This document shows, piece after piece, positions 1 through 8,580 of a stretch of 11,448 bases of DNA; position 1 is the stretch's first letter; the number at the start of each line of letters is the position of its first letter. Both the position numbers and the translations under genes were made by a program. The notes under the pieces were generated by a model, which saw only the letters and a program-made list of their open reading frames with translations, ran no database searches and had not been told where the DNA came from. Source of the DNA: Myxococcota bacterium (lineage in GTDB: Bacteria; Myxococcota; JACRCW01); the NCBI GenBank assembly GCA_040752415.1, contig JBFMGU010000315.1, positions 1 through 11,448 of the forward strand. The letters are read 5' to 3'.

Positions 1-113
1 GACGCCACTTGCGCAACCGGGGCGCATTCTTCTTGGACGCGTTGATTCACTTCTTGCCCCCGGGCTAGGCATTTCCTTCCGCTCTCGCCGCTTCCACGAC
101 GTGGAAAAGCCTC

Positions 114-208
114 GCCCCTACGGCTGCGGCGTCCGCTCACGCCCTGGATACCGGCGGCGCGAGCGCCTGCGGACCACTGCCGTGACGACGTCAGCTGACC
201 AGGTAGTA
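114..208 (+). repeat. Copy 1 of a ~95-nt conserved structured intergenic element (candidate ncRNA or promoter module); inverted relative to copy 2 at 11200-11295
   Basis: Manual alignment to the reverse complement of 11200-11295 gives identical blocks GCCCCTACGGCTGCGGCG, CTCACGCCCTGGAT, TGCCGTGACGACGT, AGCTGACC and GGTAGTA, about 80-85% overall. Confidence 0.9.
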
Positions 209-238
209 TTACCCGCGGACGCAGGTATGCGGGACACC

Positions 239-1489
239 TCAGGGAGCGCCCAGCGTGTAGACCAGCACGTACTCGTAGGAGGCCTGGGTGCAGGCGTGAG
301 AGACGCCCACGAACGAAGTGGTCTCGTCGTAGAAGGAGGCGTTGTCCGCGATGGTGACGCCCTGGGAGGAGCAGCGCATCCGAAGTGCGTCGGGCCCCTC
401 TGCGGCGTGGATGCCGCGCACCCGGTAGCGACCACCCAGGTCCATGAACACGCCGCCCGTCTGCTGGTTGTAGAGCTGGGTATCCTCCTCGTACATCGCC
501 ACGACGATCAGGTCGCCCTGGTTGGGCACGTCCACCAGCACGCACTCGTTGCTGCTCTCGTCGTCCACGCGGTGCACCACGCCGGCGCCGCTCAGTCCCA
601 GGAAGCAGCCGGTGGTGCGCGCGTCATAGGTGAACGTGCTCTCCACGATGTAGCGCGTGGCCGCCAGGGGCCGTTGGATGACGCCGCGGAGATCGGTGGC
701 GTTGGAGCGCAGCACATCTTCCGCCACCTCCCACGTCCCAGAGGAGACCTGCCACGACACATCCAGCGGAGCTGCAAACGGCTCGAAGAACAGGATGGCG
801 TCGCCGCCCTGCGTGGGTCGGGGATCGCACGCGTCGCCCACGCCGTCACCGACGGGACCTTCCTGCGCGTCACCCTGGTCGGGGTTGTGGTCCGCGGGGC
901 AGTTGTCACACGCGTCTCCCACGTCATCCAGGTCCTCGTCGTGCTGGGCGGGGTTGAATTCCCCGGGACAGTTGTCCAGCCCATCCGCAAAGCCGTCTCC
1001 ATCCCCGTCCATCGTCCCGCCCGAGCTGGAGGACGACGAGGAACTCGACGATGACGATGACGACGAAGACGAGCTGCTGGACGACGAGCTGGAGGTCGCC
1101 GAAGAGCTGCTGCTGCTGCTGGACGACGACGAGGAAGACGAGCTGCTCGAGGATGATGGCGCCGAGGAGGCCCCACCGCTCGAAGGGGAGGAGGACGAAG
1201 TCGTCAGCGCCCCCGACGACGACGCGCTGGAGGAGAGGCTGCTGCTCGAGGAGGATGATGCTGCGGAGGAGCTGGCGGTAACGTCGTCGCCGACGCACAC
1301 GCGGTCGCACCGCTGCCCCCCGGCGCATTCCGAGGCATCGCTACAGGCCACCTGGCAGACGGCGTCGTGGCAGAGGTAGCCGGTGGTGCAGTCGGCGTCG
1401 GAAGCGCAGGAGTAGCTGGCATTGACGAGGCAGCCGGCCACCCACGCGCCCACCCACACGAGGCCCACGACCCCGGCACGCCAAGACAT
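239..1489 (-). CDS. Secreted lipoprotein: Cys-rich N-terminal module, Ser-rich linker, thrombospondin type-3 (Ca-binding) repeats, C-terminal beta-sandwich (possibly LamG/concanavalin-like) domain
   Basis: 416-aa ORF. Hydrophobic N-terminus ends in lipobox-like VAGC; CASDADC...C..DAVC modules; poly-Ser tract; TSP3 signature [38 protein letters not shown]...DGVGDACD. Confidence 0.85.
   Translation of the reverse strand: MSWRAGVVGLVWVGAWVAGCLVNASYSCASDADCTTGYLCHDAVCQVACSDASECAGGQRCDRVCVGDDVTASSSAASSSSSSSLSSSASSSGALTTSSSSPSSGGASSAPSSSSSSSSSSSSSSSSSSSATSSSSSSSSSSSSSSSSSSSSSSSSGGTMDGDGDGFADGLDNCPGEFNPAQHDEDLDDVGDACDNCPADHNPDQGDAQEGPVGDGVGDACDPRPTQGGDAILFFEPFAAPLDVSWQVSSGTWEVAEDVLRSNATDLRGVIQRPLAATRYIVESTFTYDARTTGCFLGLSGAGVVHRVDDESSNECVLVDVPNQGDLIVVAMYEEDTQLYNQQTGGVFMDLGGRYRVRGIHAAEGPDALRMRCSSQGVTIADNASFYDETTSFVGVSHACTQASYEYVLVYTLGAP
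1021..1280 (-). repeat. Low-complexity Ser-rich linker (TCG/TCC/AGC codon runs) within the TSP3 lipoprotein
   Basis: GACGAC/GAGGAG/CTGCTG runs on + translate to poly-Ser on -. Confidence 0.8.
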
Positions 1490-1574
1490 GGATGAAACGT
1501 AGCCGATGCGGACCGCGCGGCACCACCTCTGGATGGCGTCAACCGGCGTCGTTGTGACGACGGCGTCAGCCGCC

Positions 1575-3002
1575 TCACACGTGCTGCTTGTGCGCCAGCT
1601 CCCCGTACCTCTCCAGCTTGCGGTACAGCGTCTTGCGGTCCAGGCCGAGCACGCGCGCGGTCTCCGCCTTGTTCCCCTTCATGGCGTTGAGCACGCGCAG
1701 GATGTAGCGCCGTTCCACCTCGTCCATGGGGATGAGGTCGTCGGGGCGCTCCACGTCCAGCACCATGCGGCTGGGCTTGTAGTCCTGCACCTTCTCCGGC
1801 AGGTCCTCCACGGTGAGCAGCTCATACTGCGTCAGCGCCACCGCGCGCTCCATGCAGTTCTGCAGCTCGCGGATGTTGCCGGGCCACTCGTAGGAGAGGA
1901 GCCGCTCCGCCGCCGGGCTGCTCAGTCCCGTCACGCGCTTGCCGGTGCGTCGGCTGTACTGGTCGATGAAGTGCTGCGCGAGCAGCAGGATGTCATTGGC
2001 GCGCGCGCGCAGCGGCGGCATCTTGATGTGGATGACGTTGATGCGGAAGTAGAGGTCCTCCCGGAACTTGCCGGTCTTCACCAGCGTCTCCAGGTCCTCG
2101 TTGGTGGCCGCAATCACCCGCACGTCAAACGGCACCTCCTGGTTGCTGCCCACCGGCCGCACCGTGCGACCCTCCAGCGCGCGCAGCAACTTCGGCTGCA
2201 GCTCCAGGGGCAGGGTGCCAATCTCGTCCAGGAAGATGGTGCCGCCGCTGGCTTCCACAAAGAGCCCGGTGCGCTTGGCCTTGGCGTCGGTGAAGGCGCC
2301 CTTCTCGTGGCCAAACAGCTCGCTCTCCAGCAGGTTCACCGGCAGCGCCGCGCAGTTGACGCCCACAAAGGGCCCCTTGGCGCGGGGACCGCGCTGGTGC
2401 AGCACGCGCGCCACCAGCTCCTTGCCGGTGCCGGTCTCCCCGGTGATGACGACGGAAGCGGTGGTGTCCGCCACCTGGCTGAGCAGGTTGTACAGCCTCA
2501 CCATCTCCGGGCTGCGGCCAATCATCTGGCCAAAGCCCTGCACCTCCGCCACCGCCTGGCGCAGCCGCCGCACCTCCTGGCTGAGCTGGCGCGTCTGCAC
2601 CGCGCGACGCACCGCCAACAGCACGCCGTCGGGATCAATGGGCTTGGTGATGAAGTCATAGGCGCCCGCACGCATGGCGGCCACCGCGGCGTCCAACGTT
2701 CCGTAGCCCGTCACCAGGATCACCGGCACGTCGGGGCGGCTGTCACTGATGCGGCCGCACAGCTCAATGCCGTCCATGCCGTGCAGCTTGAAGTCGGTGA
2801 GGACCACGTCGAATTCCTGCGCGGTCAGCTCCGCCAGCGCCTCCTGCGCGCTCTGCACGGCTTTGACGTGGTGACCCGCATTCGTCAGTGCTTCGTCCAG
2901 GATGGCACTGCCGTCCGGGTCATCCTCCACCACGAGCACGCGGCCACGTGGACTGGCTTCCTCGGGGCGACCCGCCACACGTGGGGCGGGCCGGGGACGC
3001 AT
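1575..3002 (-). CDS. Sigma-54-dependent response regulator (NtrC/AtoC family bacterial enhancer-binding protein: REC-AAA+-Fis HTH)
   Basis: Receiver VLVVEDD...LTD.KL..MDG...KP; Walker [24 protein letters not shown]; Walker [50 protein letters not shown]. Start uncertain (ATG 3002 or 3017); the ORF-track extension to 3266 looks non-coding. Confidence 0.95.
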   Translation of the reverse strand: MRPRPAPRVAGRPEEASPRGRVLVVEDDPDGSAILDEALTNAGHHVKAVQSAQEALAELTAQEFDVVLTDFKLHGMDGIELCGRISDSRPDVPVILVTGYGTLDAAVAAMRAGAYDFITKPIDPDGVLLAVRRAVQTRQLSQEVRRLRQAVAEVQGFGQMIGRSPEMVRLYNLLSQVADTTASVVITGETGTGKELVARVLHQRGPRAKGPFVGVNCAALPVNLLESELFGHEKGAFTDAKAKRTGLFVEASGGTIFLDEIGTLPLELQPKLLRALEGRTVRPVGSNQEVPFDVRVIAATNEDLETLVKTGKFREDLYFRINVIHIKMPPLRARANDILLLAQHFIDQYSRRTGKRVTGLSSPAAERLLSYEWPGNIRELQNCMERAVALTQYELLTVEDLPEKVQDYKPSRMVLDVERPDDLIPMDEVERRYILRVLNAMKGNKAETARVLGLDRKTLYRKLERYGELAHKQHV

Positions 3003-3261
3003 TCTCAACAAAACCATCTCGTCGTTGCTCACATGCGCCTGCGTCGCTGCGCAGCAGCCCGGCGTGGGCTCTTGGCGCAGCAGGTTAGAGCGTTCGGCGG
3101 CCCGGCACCAACGCAGTTTTCTGAGGCTTCGCGCGCGTTTCCCCGACGTCACACGACCAACGCACGGTGGTGCCATGCGTCGTGGGTCCCGGTGCGAGTT
3201 CGAAAGCGCGAGCGCATCCGAAAGCGGGCCGAGCGCCGGGACCCAAAGCGCCGCGTCGCGG

Positions 3262-3278
3262 TGCACGCCATGTGCCCG
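3262..3278 (-). promoter_or_regulatory. Possible sigma-54 (-24/-12) promoter directed toward the response regulator
   Basis: Minus strand reads CGGGCACATGGCGTGCA: GG-N10-GC spacing with GGCAC and TGCA, imperfect versus consensus TGGCACG-N4-TTGCW. Confidence 0.35.
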
Positions 3279-3467
3279 AGGTCACGCACCGCCCGTTGGG
3301 GGCACAAAAGACCTGATGCGGCGCGCACCTGGGCCACTCCGCCCCCGCGCGCTCCGACGAGGCAACCCGCCACACGGCCCAGAACGGGACTCCCGAAAAG
3401 CCACACCGCCGCGGTAGGGGCGCGACAGCGGGTGGGCCCACAACGGACGGGGGGCTAGAACGGGAGC

Positions 3468-5009
3468 ATGTTCTGGAAGCGGTGGCTTGCGCGTCGGACG
3501 CCAGCGGAGACGGCACCGTCGCCGGAGATTCCGCGGGAGGCCACGTTCCGGCGCGCGGTGGGGCTGGAGCTGCGCCTGTGGCCTTGCAGAGGGCTGGACC
3601 AGGTGCGGGTGACCGCGCAGCGCCAGGGCGGGAGCACCACCACCACGCTCTCGCGCGAGGAGGCGCGGGCGCTGTGCGCGCTGAACCGGTGGCAGACCGC
3701 GGCGGAGGCGGGGCTGTCGCACGCGCGGCTCACGCGGCTGGTGCAGGAGAACCTCGTCTACTTCTCGCGCAGCCGGCCGCGCGAGGATCTCACCGGTTCC
3801 CCGTCGGGGCCGCTGCGGGGACGGATGGCGCTGCGTCGCAACGTGTGGCCCACGCCGGCGGTGCGTCGGAAGGACGAGGTGGGGCCCATCCCGTTCATGC
3901 CGCGCCTGGGCTCACTGCGGGGCGCGGAGCTGGTGGGCGTGCACCTGGGCGTCAACGAGATGGACAAGCAGACCCACGGCGTGGCGGTGGGCTGCTGCGC
4001 GGAGCACGGCGCGCTCCTGCGCAACCTCCTCTGGCGCCTCAACGGTCGCCACGACGTGGAGAGCCTGGACGGGCCCTCCCGCGAGCTGTGCGCGCTGCTG
4101 CATGACCTGGGGCTGCTGGAGCCCGCCGCGCCGCCTCCGTCGTGGAACGGGCGCGCGCAGGTCAGCTGGCTGGGGCACGCCACGGTGCTCGTCGAGAGCG
4201 CGGGCCAGCGCATCCTGGTGGATCCCATGTTCCACCCGCGCAGCATCCCGGCGCGCCCGCGCACCGACACGCCGCCGTGGGGCCTGGGGCTGGGCCCGCT
4301 GAGCGCGGTGCTCATCACCCACGGCGACCACGACCATCTCAACCCCAACGCCCTCTACCAGCTGGACCCCGCCACGCCGGTGTACCTCCCGCGCACCGAC
4401 GTGAAGCGGCCCTACCAGGTGGACCTGCGCGCGCTGGTGGAGCTGCTGGGTTTCACCCACGTGCACGAGGTGGACGCGTGGGAACGCATCCGGCTTGGCG
4501 ACGTCACGGTGGTGGCCGCGCCCTTCCACGGCGAGGACTGGGGACTGACCCTGCCCTGCCGCACCTATCTCATCACGTCGGAGGAGCTGACGGTCTACCT
4601 CAACGCCGACAGCCACGGCATGACCGACGTGTACCGGAAGCTGGCGCAGGAGTTCCGCGTGGACCTGGCGCTGCTGGGTGTGGGCGGTTGCGCGGAGAGC
4701 CACGTCATGCCGCCCGGCTACGGCTACGGGAACTTCTACGCGCTGTGGATTCCCGCGCAGAAGCGCAATGAGTGGATCCAGCTGTGCGGCGGCCCCTCCG
4801 ACGCGGCGGAGGCGGCGGAGCTGCTGGGCGCGCGCCACGCCTTTGGTTACGCCGCGGGCGGCGCCAGCTTCATCCAGGTGGCCTATACCGACCGCGGCAC
4901 CCACGACGAGCTGGCCACCATCCTCAAGGAGCGCGGAGCGCGCTGTCAGCCGTTGCGCCTGCCGCTGGGAGAGCCGGTGGCCGTGCCGCACTCCGACGAG
5001 AAAACGTGA
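3468..5009 (+). CDS. Metallo-beta-lactamase-fold protein with ~230-aa N-terminal extension, resembling CmlA-type diiron beta-hydroxylases
   Basis: 513 aa with GGGAG RBS upstream. Motifs VSWLGHATVLVE, ILVDP, LITHGDHDH, APFHGED, YLNADS, VDLALLG and LGARHAFGYA occur in the order seen in MBL-fold/CmlA-like proteins. Confidence 0.8.
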   Translation: MFWKRWLARRTPAETAPSPEIPREATFRRAVGLELRLWPCRGLDQVRVTAQRQGGSTTTTLSREEARALCALNRWQTAAEAGLSHARLTRLVQENLVYFSRSRPREDLTGSPSGPLRGRMALRRNVWPTPAVRRKDEVGPIPFMPRLGSLRGAELVGVHLGVNEMDKQTHGVAVGCCAEHGALLRNLLWRLNGRHDVESLDGPSRELCALLHDLGLLEPAAPPPSWNGRAQVSWLGHATVLVESAGQRILVDPMFHPRSIPARPRTDTPPWGLGLGPLSAVLITHGDHDHLNPNALYQLDPATPVYLPRTDVKRPYQVDLRALVELLGFTHVHEVDAWERIRLGDVTVVAAPFHGEDWGLTLPCRTYLITSEELTVYLNADSHGMTDVYRKLAQEFRVDLALLGVGGCAESHVMPPGYGYGNFYALWIPAQKRNEWIQLCGGPSDAAEAAELLGARHAFGYAAGGASFIQVAYTDRGTHDELATILKERGARCQPLRLPLGEPVAVPHSDEKT

Positions 5010-5010
5010 T

Positions 5011-6459
5011 TCACAACCCCGGGTAGAACGCGTTGTGACTGGGACCGGGGAGCTGCTGGCCCAGGTGCAAGGTGGCCACCGGGCCCTTCTTCACGTCGCG
5101 CGCATCCAGGATCACCACGTCGGTGGTCTTGCGCCGCGCATCCAGCACGTGCGCCAGCAGGTAGCCGTCGTCCTCCTCGGTGGCGCCCTGGCGCGGCGCG
5201 AACGAGGGCGGCCCGCAGAACCGCATGGCCCCCGCGCTCCACGTCTGGTGCGCACCGCTGTCCAGGTCCAGGTGGGTGAGGCCGTGCCACCAGAGCAGCG
5301 CGCTCGGATCGGGCTCGCTCCCGTCGGAGGCGGGGGTGCGCAGGTACGCGTGACGCGCCTTCTTCCCGTGCCACGCGCCGTTCACCTCGGGCTGGTCGCC
5401 CAGCATGCTGCCCAGCTCCTCGGTCTGCAGCGCGCCGCTCTCCACGTCGACAATGCAGCGCAGCACCACGTTCTTCAGCTCCCCCTCCGGCTGCAGCCCC
5501 ATGCTCTCGCGGTGCTTGCGCGGATACAGCGCGTGGAAGCGCACCGGCGCCAGCACCGCCGGCAGCTCCACCACCAGCTTTCCATCCGCCTCGTACGCGT
5601 TGATGATGTGGAACACCGTGCGCACGTGCGCGGGCAGGTCCACCCGACGAGGAGCCGGCGCACCCTTGCCGCGCGGAAGGATGTGCAGCGCCGGGGCCTG
5701 GCCCTCCTGCCACGCAAAGCCCAGGTAGGTGGGCCGCGTGCCCAGCAGCGCCGCGCCCAGGTTCATCTTCACCGGGTTCTCGACGACAACGTAGTGGTGC
5801 TCGCTGAACGCGTGGTCATGGATGAACGCGGGGGCCGCGCGCATCCTGGTGCTGACGTGGTGGTGCGCGGCGCCCTGCTCGTCCAGCTCGAAGAACGTCA
5901 CTTCGTCGACGGGTGGTCCGGGCTTGATGCTGAAGCACACCAGGCGCCGCGCATGCTCATCCCGTCGTGGCATCAGGCACATCTGGTGCTTCTCCGGCAG
6001 GCCCCAGCGCTCCTGGCCCACGGTGTCGTAGCTCCGGGGGTCCAGCTGGAAGTGCGCGCTGTCGCCGGTGGCGTGGATCTTCCCGCGCCACACGTACACG
6101 TCGTGGGAGGCGGGGTTGGCGAACTTGAGGTTGAACACGTTCTTGAGACGGGAAGGATGGTTGGTGAACACGCGACGACGCGTCTGCCGGCCCGCGGCCA
6201 CCTCCTCCAGGTACACCGGCGTCTTCACGAAGCGGCTCTGGAAACGCGCCTTGCCGCCGGAGAGCTTCACGCCGGCAATCATGCCGTGGCCGTCAAAGAA
6301 GTGGAGCTCGTCGTTGCCCACCTTGAGCAGCGCGGGGATGTTGGCCAGGAACGTCCCGTCCACGTCGCCGGGCACGGTGCCCTCCACGCTGGTGATCTCC
6401 AGGCTGTGTTCCTGTGGCTGGCTGCGGAAGGCTTCGTCGAAGATGGCGTCGTAGGTCAT
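5011..6459 (-). CDS. Carotenoid cleavage oxygenase (RPE65/CCD/lignostilbene dioxygenase family), divergent
   Basis: VEGTVP.DVDGTF, FFDGHGMI, FQSRFVKT, FIHDHAFS, VFHIINAYE, EDDGYLL, VILDA...GPVATL and a C-terminal His (PSH). Start is ATG 6459 or GTG 6495. Confidence 0.9.
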   Translation of the reverse strand: MTYDAIFDEAFRSQPQEHSLEITSVEGTVPGDVDGTFLANIPALLKVGNDELHFFDGHGMIAGVKLSGGKARFQSRFVKTPVYLEEVAAGRQTRRRVFTNHPSRLKNVFNLKFANPASHDVYVWRGKIHATGDSAHFQLDPRSYDTVGQERWGLPEKHQMCLMPRRDEHARRLVCFSIKPGPPVDEVTFFELDEQGAAHHHVSTRMRAAPAFIHDHAFSEHHYVVVENPVKMNLGAALLGTRPTYLGFAWQEGQAPALHILPRGKGAPAPRRVDLPAHVRTVFHIINAYEADGKLVVELPAVLAPVRFHALYPRKHRESMGLQPEGELKNVVLRCIVDVESGALQTEELGSMLGDQPEVNGAWHGKKARHAYLRTPASDGSEPDPSALLWWHGLTHLDLDSGAHQTWSAGAMRFCGPPSFAPRQGATEEDDGYLLAHVLDARRKTTDVVILDARDVKKGPVATLHLGQQLPGPSHNAFYPGL

Positions 6460-6523
6460 GCGGGTCCCTGGCAGTGATGGCGCCGTCAGTGGCACGCGCA
6501 GGGATTGGGCGCAATGCAGCGCC

Positions 6524-8485
6524 TCACGGGTAGATGGCTTCCAGGCCTACCGTGGTCCCGTCGTCCACGTTGAACACGAAGAGGTAGCCCGCCACCGGCA
6601 CGGATGCGTTCACCACCACGCCGAACTGCTGCGCCACCACGCCCACGTCGTCGATCACATTGATGGAATCCAGCGTGCGCGGCGCCAGCGTGAAGGTGTG
6701 CTGCCGCGCCGGCTCCGAGGCAGGGAAGATGCGGAGCTCCACGTCGGCGGGGACATCCTGGGGGTTGGTGACGTCGACGTAGGTGACCCACGGGTAGACG
6801 GTGCTGCCCCCGGGGAACATCAGGTCCGTGGCGGGTGTGCCGCGGGCAACGTGCGCGGTGACGTCCTCACCAGCGCGGTGCAGTTTCACGGAGGCCACCA
6901 CAGGTTCCGTCGCCACCAGCTCGGCCCAGAAGTCGCTCACCGGGTCATTGACGTGCGTGCTGGCCGTGAGCACCGCCACCGCGCGCGGCAACACCGTGAC
7001 GGTTTCCGTGGTGGGGGAACCGGTGATCGGCAGGTAGGTCACGGTGACCTCGGAGGAGCTCACGTCGCTGGGGTTGGCAATGCGCAGGTCTGCCTCGAAG
7101 CCATACGCGGTGCTGGAGCTGGCGATGACCTGGTAGGCGCTCCCCGTGGCCTCGCTGGGCAGCTCCAGGGAATAGCCGCTCCCCACCTCCTGCACCTGCG
7201 CGTAGACCGGCACGTCGGAGATCACCTCCAGCCACGCCACCGCTTCGGTCGGGACCACGCCCCATTCCACCTGCACCCCGTCGGGGACCGTGTCCTGCTG
7301 CTCAATCGTCGTGGCGCTGCCCACGCGCTGGTAGAGCGTCAGGGACGCCGTCATCCCGGAGCGGTTGAGGATCGAGACGTAGGTGGTGGTCTGCGAGGTG
7401 TTGGCCCCGGTGGCAAACAGGTGCCGCGTACTGGCGTTGCGCGACCCCACCGTGCCGTGCCCGACGGCATTTCCCGCGTGGAGCGTGCGCAGCGACACCA
7501 CCACCGGCACTTGCTCCGTCGTCACCCGGGTGGCGAACGGATAGGTCGTGTTCGGGCCCACGGAGGCGTCGGCGAGGTCCAGGCTGAGGTGCGTGCGCGC
7601 CGGCACGGCAACATCACGGATCACCTGCATGTTCGCCAGGTCCGTGTAATAGGTCAGCGTCACCCCGGTGGGCTCCGAGGTGGGATTGGTGATGTCCAGC
7701 AGGGTGCTCCACCCCTCCGCGGTGTAGCCGCTGGCCAGGTGCCAGGTGGTGGCGGCGGGCGTGGGTCGCACGATGAAGAGCCGGGTCTCGGCCTGCTGCG
7801 TCCCGCACCTCATGGACACCGCGACGCTCCCCGCGCCGGCCAGCTCCACGTTGCTGAGCTCCGCCTGGTAGTTCCGCTCGCCCACGTCCTCCGTCGGCAA
7901 CGCGGTGTTGTTCCACGTGATGGCGCAGTCGGCGGAGGCCTGCCGCAGCGCCACCCTCAACACCACCGGACCGTCCCACTGCAACGCGGTGGTCGGCGTC
8001 ATGTCCGCGATCTCCAGCAGCCCCCCGCTCGACGACGACGACGCGGACGACGCGCTGCTGGACGCGCTCGACGAGGAGGACACAGTGCCGGACGAGCCGG
8101 ACGCGGTGGAGGACGCGCTCCCGCTGCTGCTGCCAGACGAGACGCCGGTGCCGACCCCCGACGAGGTGGACGTGGCCGCCGCGCCGCCGCTCGACGACGA
8201 CGATGACAATGACGACGAGCCCGCCGTCGACGACCCGGATGCCGCGCTGCTGCTGCCGCTCCCCAGCGAGGAGGAGCCGCCCGACCCGGTCTCGGGCGCA
8301 CCGGGCCGGCACTCCCCGGTCTCACAGTGCTGGTCGCCGGGGCAGTCCGCGTCCACGTTGCACAGCCGCACGCAGCGGTTGTTGCGCTGCACCTCGTTCT
8401 CGTCGCATTGCACGCAGGCGCCCAGGTGCAACGCCAGGGACAGCACAGCCAGGACCGGGAGGAGCCGGGAGGGGGAGGCAGGCAT
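6524..8485 (-). CDS. Secreted lipoprotein: Cys-rich module, Ser/Gly-rich linker, Ig-like domain and about four tandem beta-sandwich repeats
   Basis: 653 aa with GGAGG RBS. Signal peptide ends LGAC; CNVDADCPGDQHCETGEC; recurring units W/L..A.G...TLLDITNP, YVSILNR, DLRIANP, YVDVTNP followed by V.LT/VT...VP... Confidence 0.8.
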   Translation of the reverse strand: MPASPSRLLPVLAVLSLALHLGACVQCDENEVQRNNRCVRLCNVDADCPGDQHCETGECRPGAPETGSGGSSSLGSGSSSAASGSSTAGSSSLSSSSSSGGAAATSTSSGVGTGVSSGSSSGSASSTASGSSGTVSSSSSASSSASSASSSSSGGLLEIADMTPTTALQWDGPVVLRVALRQASADCAITWNNTALPTEDVGERNYQAELSNVELAGAGSVAVSMRCGTQQAETRLFIVRPTPAATTWHLASGYTAEGWSTLLDITNPTSEPTGVTLTYYTDLANMQVIRDVAVPARTHLSLDLADASVGPNTTYPFATRVTTEQVPVVVSLRTLHAGNAVGHGTVGSRNASTRHLFATGANTSQTTTYVSILNRSGMTASLTLYQRVGSATTIEQQDTVPDGVQVEWGVVPTEAVAWLEVISDVPVYAQVQEVGSGYSLELPSEATGSAYQVIASSSTAYGFEADLRIANPSDVSSSEVTVTYLPITGSPTTETVTVLPRAVAVLTASTHVNDPVSDFWAELVATEPVVASVKLHRAGEDVTAHVARGTPATDLMFPGGSTVYPWVTYVDVTNPQDVPADVELRIFPASEPARQHTFTLAPRTLDSINVIDDVGVVAQQFGVVVNASVPVAGYLFVFNVDDGTTVGLEAIYP

Positions 8486-8580
8486 GTCGCCTCCATCCTA
8501 GCGCGAACGAAAGCTTCTGCGACGGTGACGGCGGGCCAGGCTTTCCCACGTCCCTCCGCGGGGTTATACGTCCGTGCGCC

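Noticed and set aside
657..1379. Acidic D/E-rich ORFs (657-1379 + and 7905-8501 +)
   Set aside because: They are the reverse-strand reading of the poly-Ser linkers.
3160..3176. Second sigma-54-like site TGGCACCACCGTGC on the minus strand
   Set aside because: GG-GC spacing is 9 rather than the required 10.
1506..3458. Long alternative ORFs (1506-3458 +, 4678-6477 +, 6458-8206 +, 8770-10671 -, 101-1054 +, 3912-4991 -)
   Set aside because: Antisense shadows of motif-supported genes, typical of high-GC DNA, with no recognisable motifs.
8555..8569. Possible target of the copy-1 3' tail (GTATAACCCCGCGGA on minus versus GTATTACCCGCGGA at 206-219)
   Set aside because: Only 8 contiguous identical bases and a gap is needed, which is within chance.
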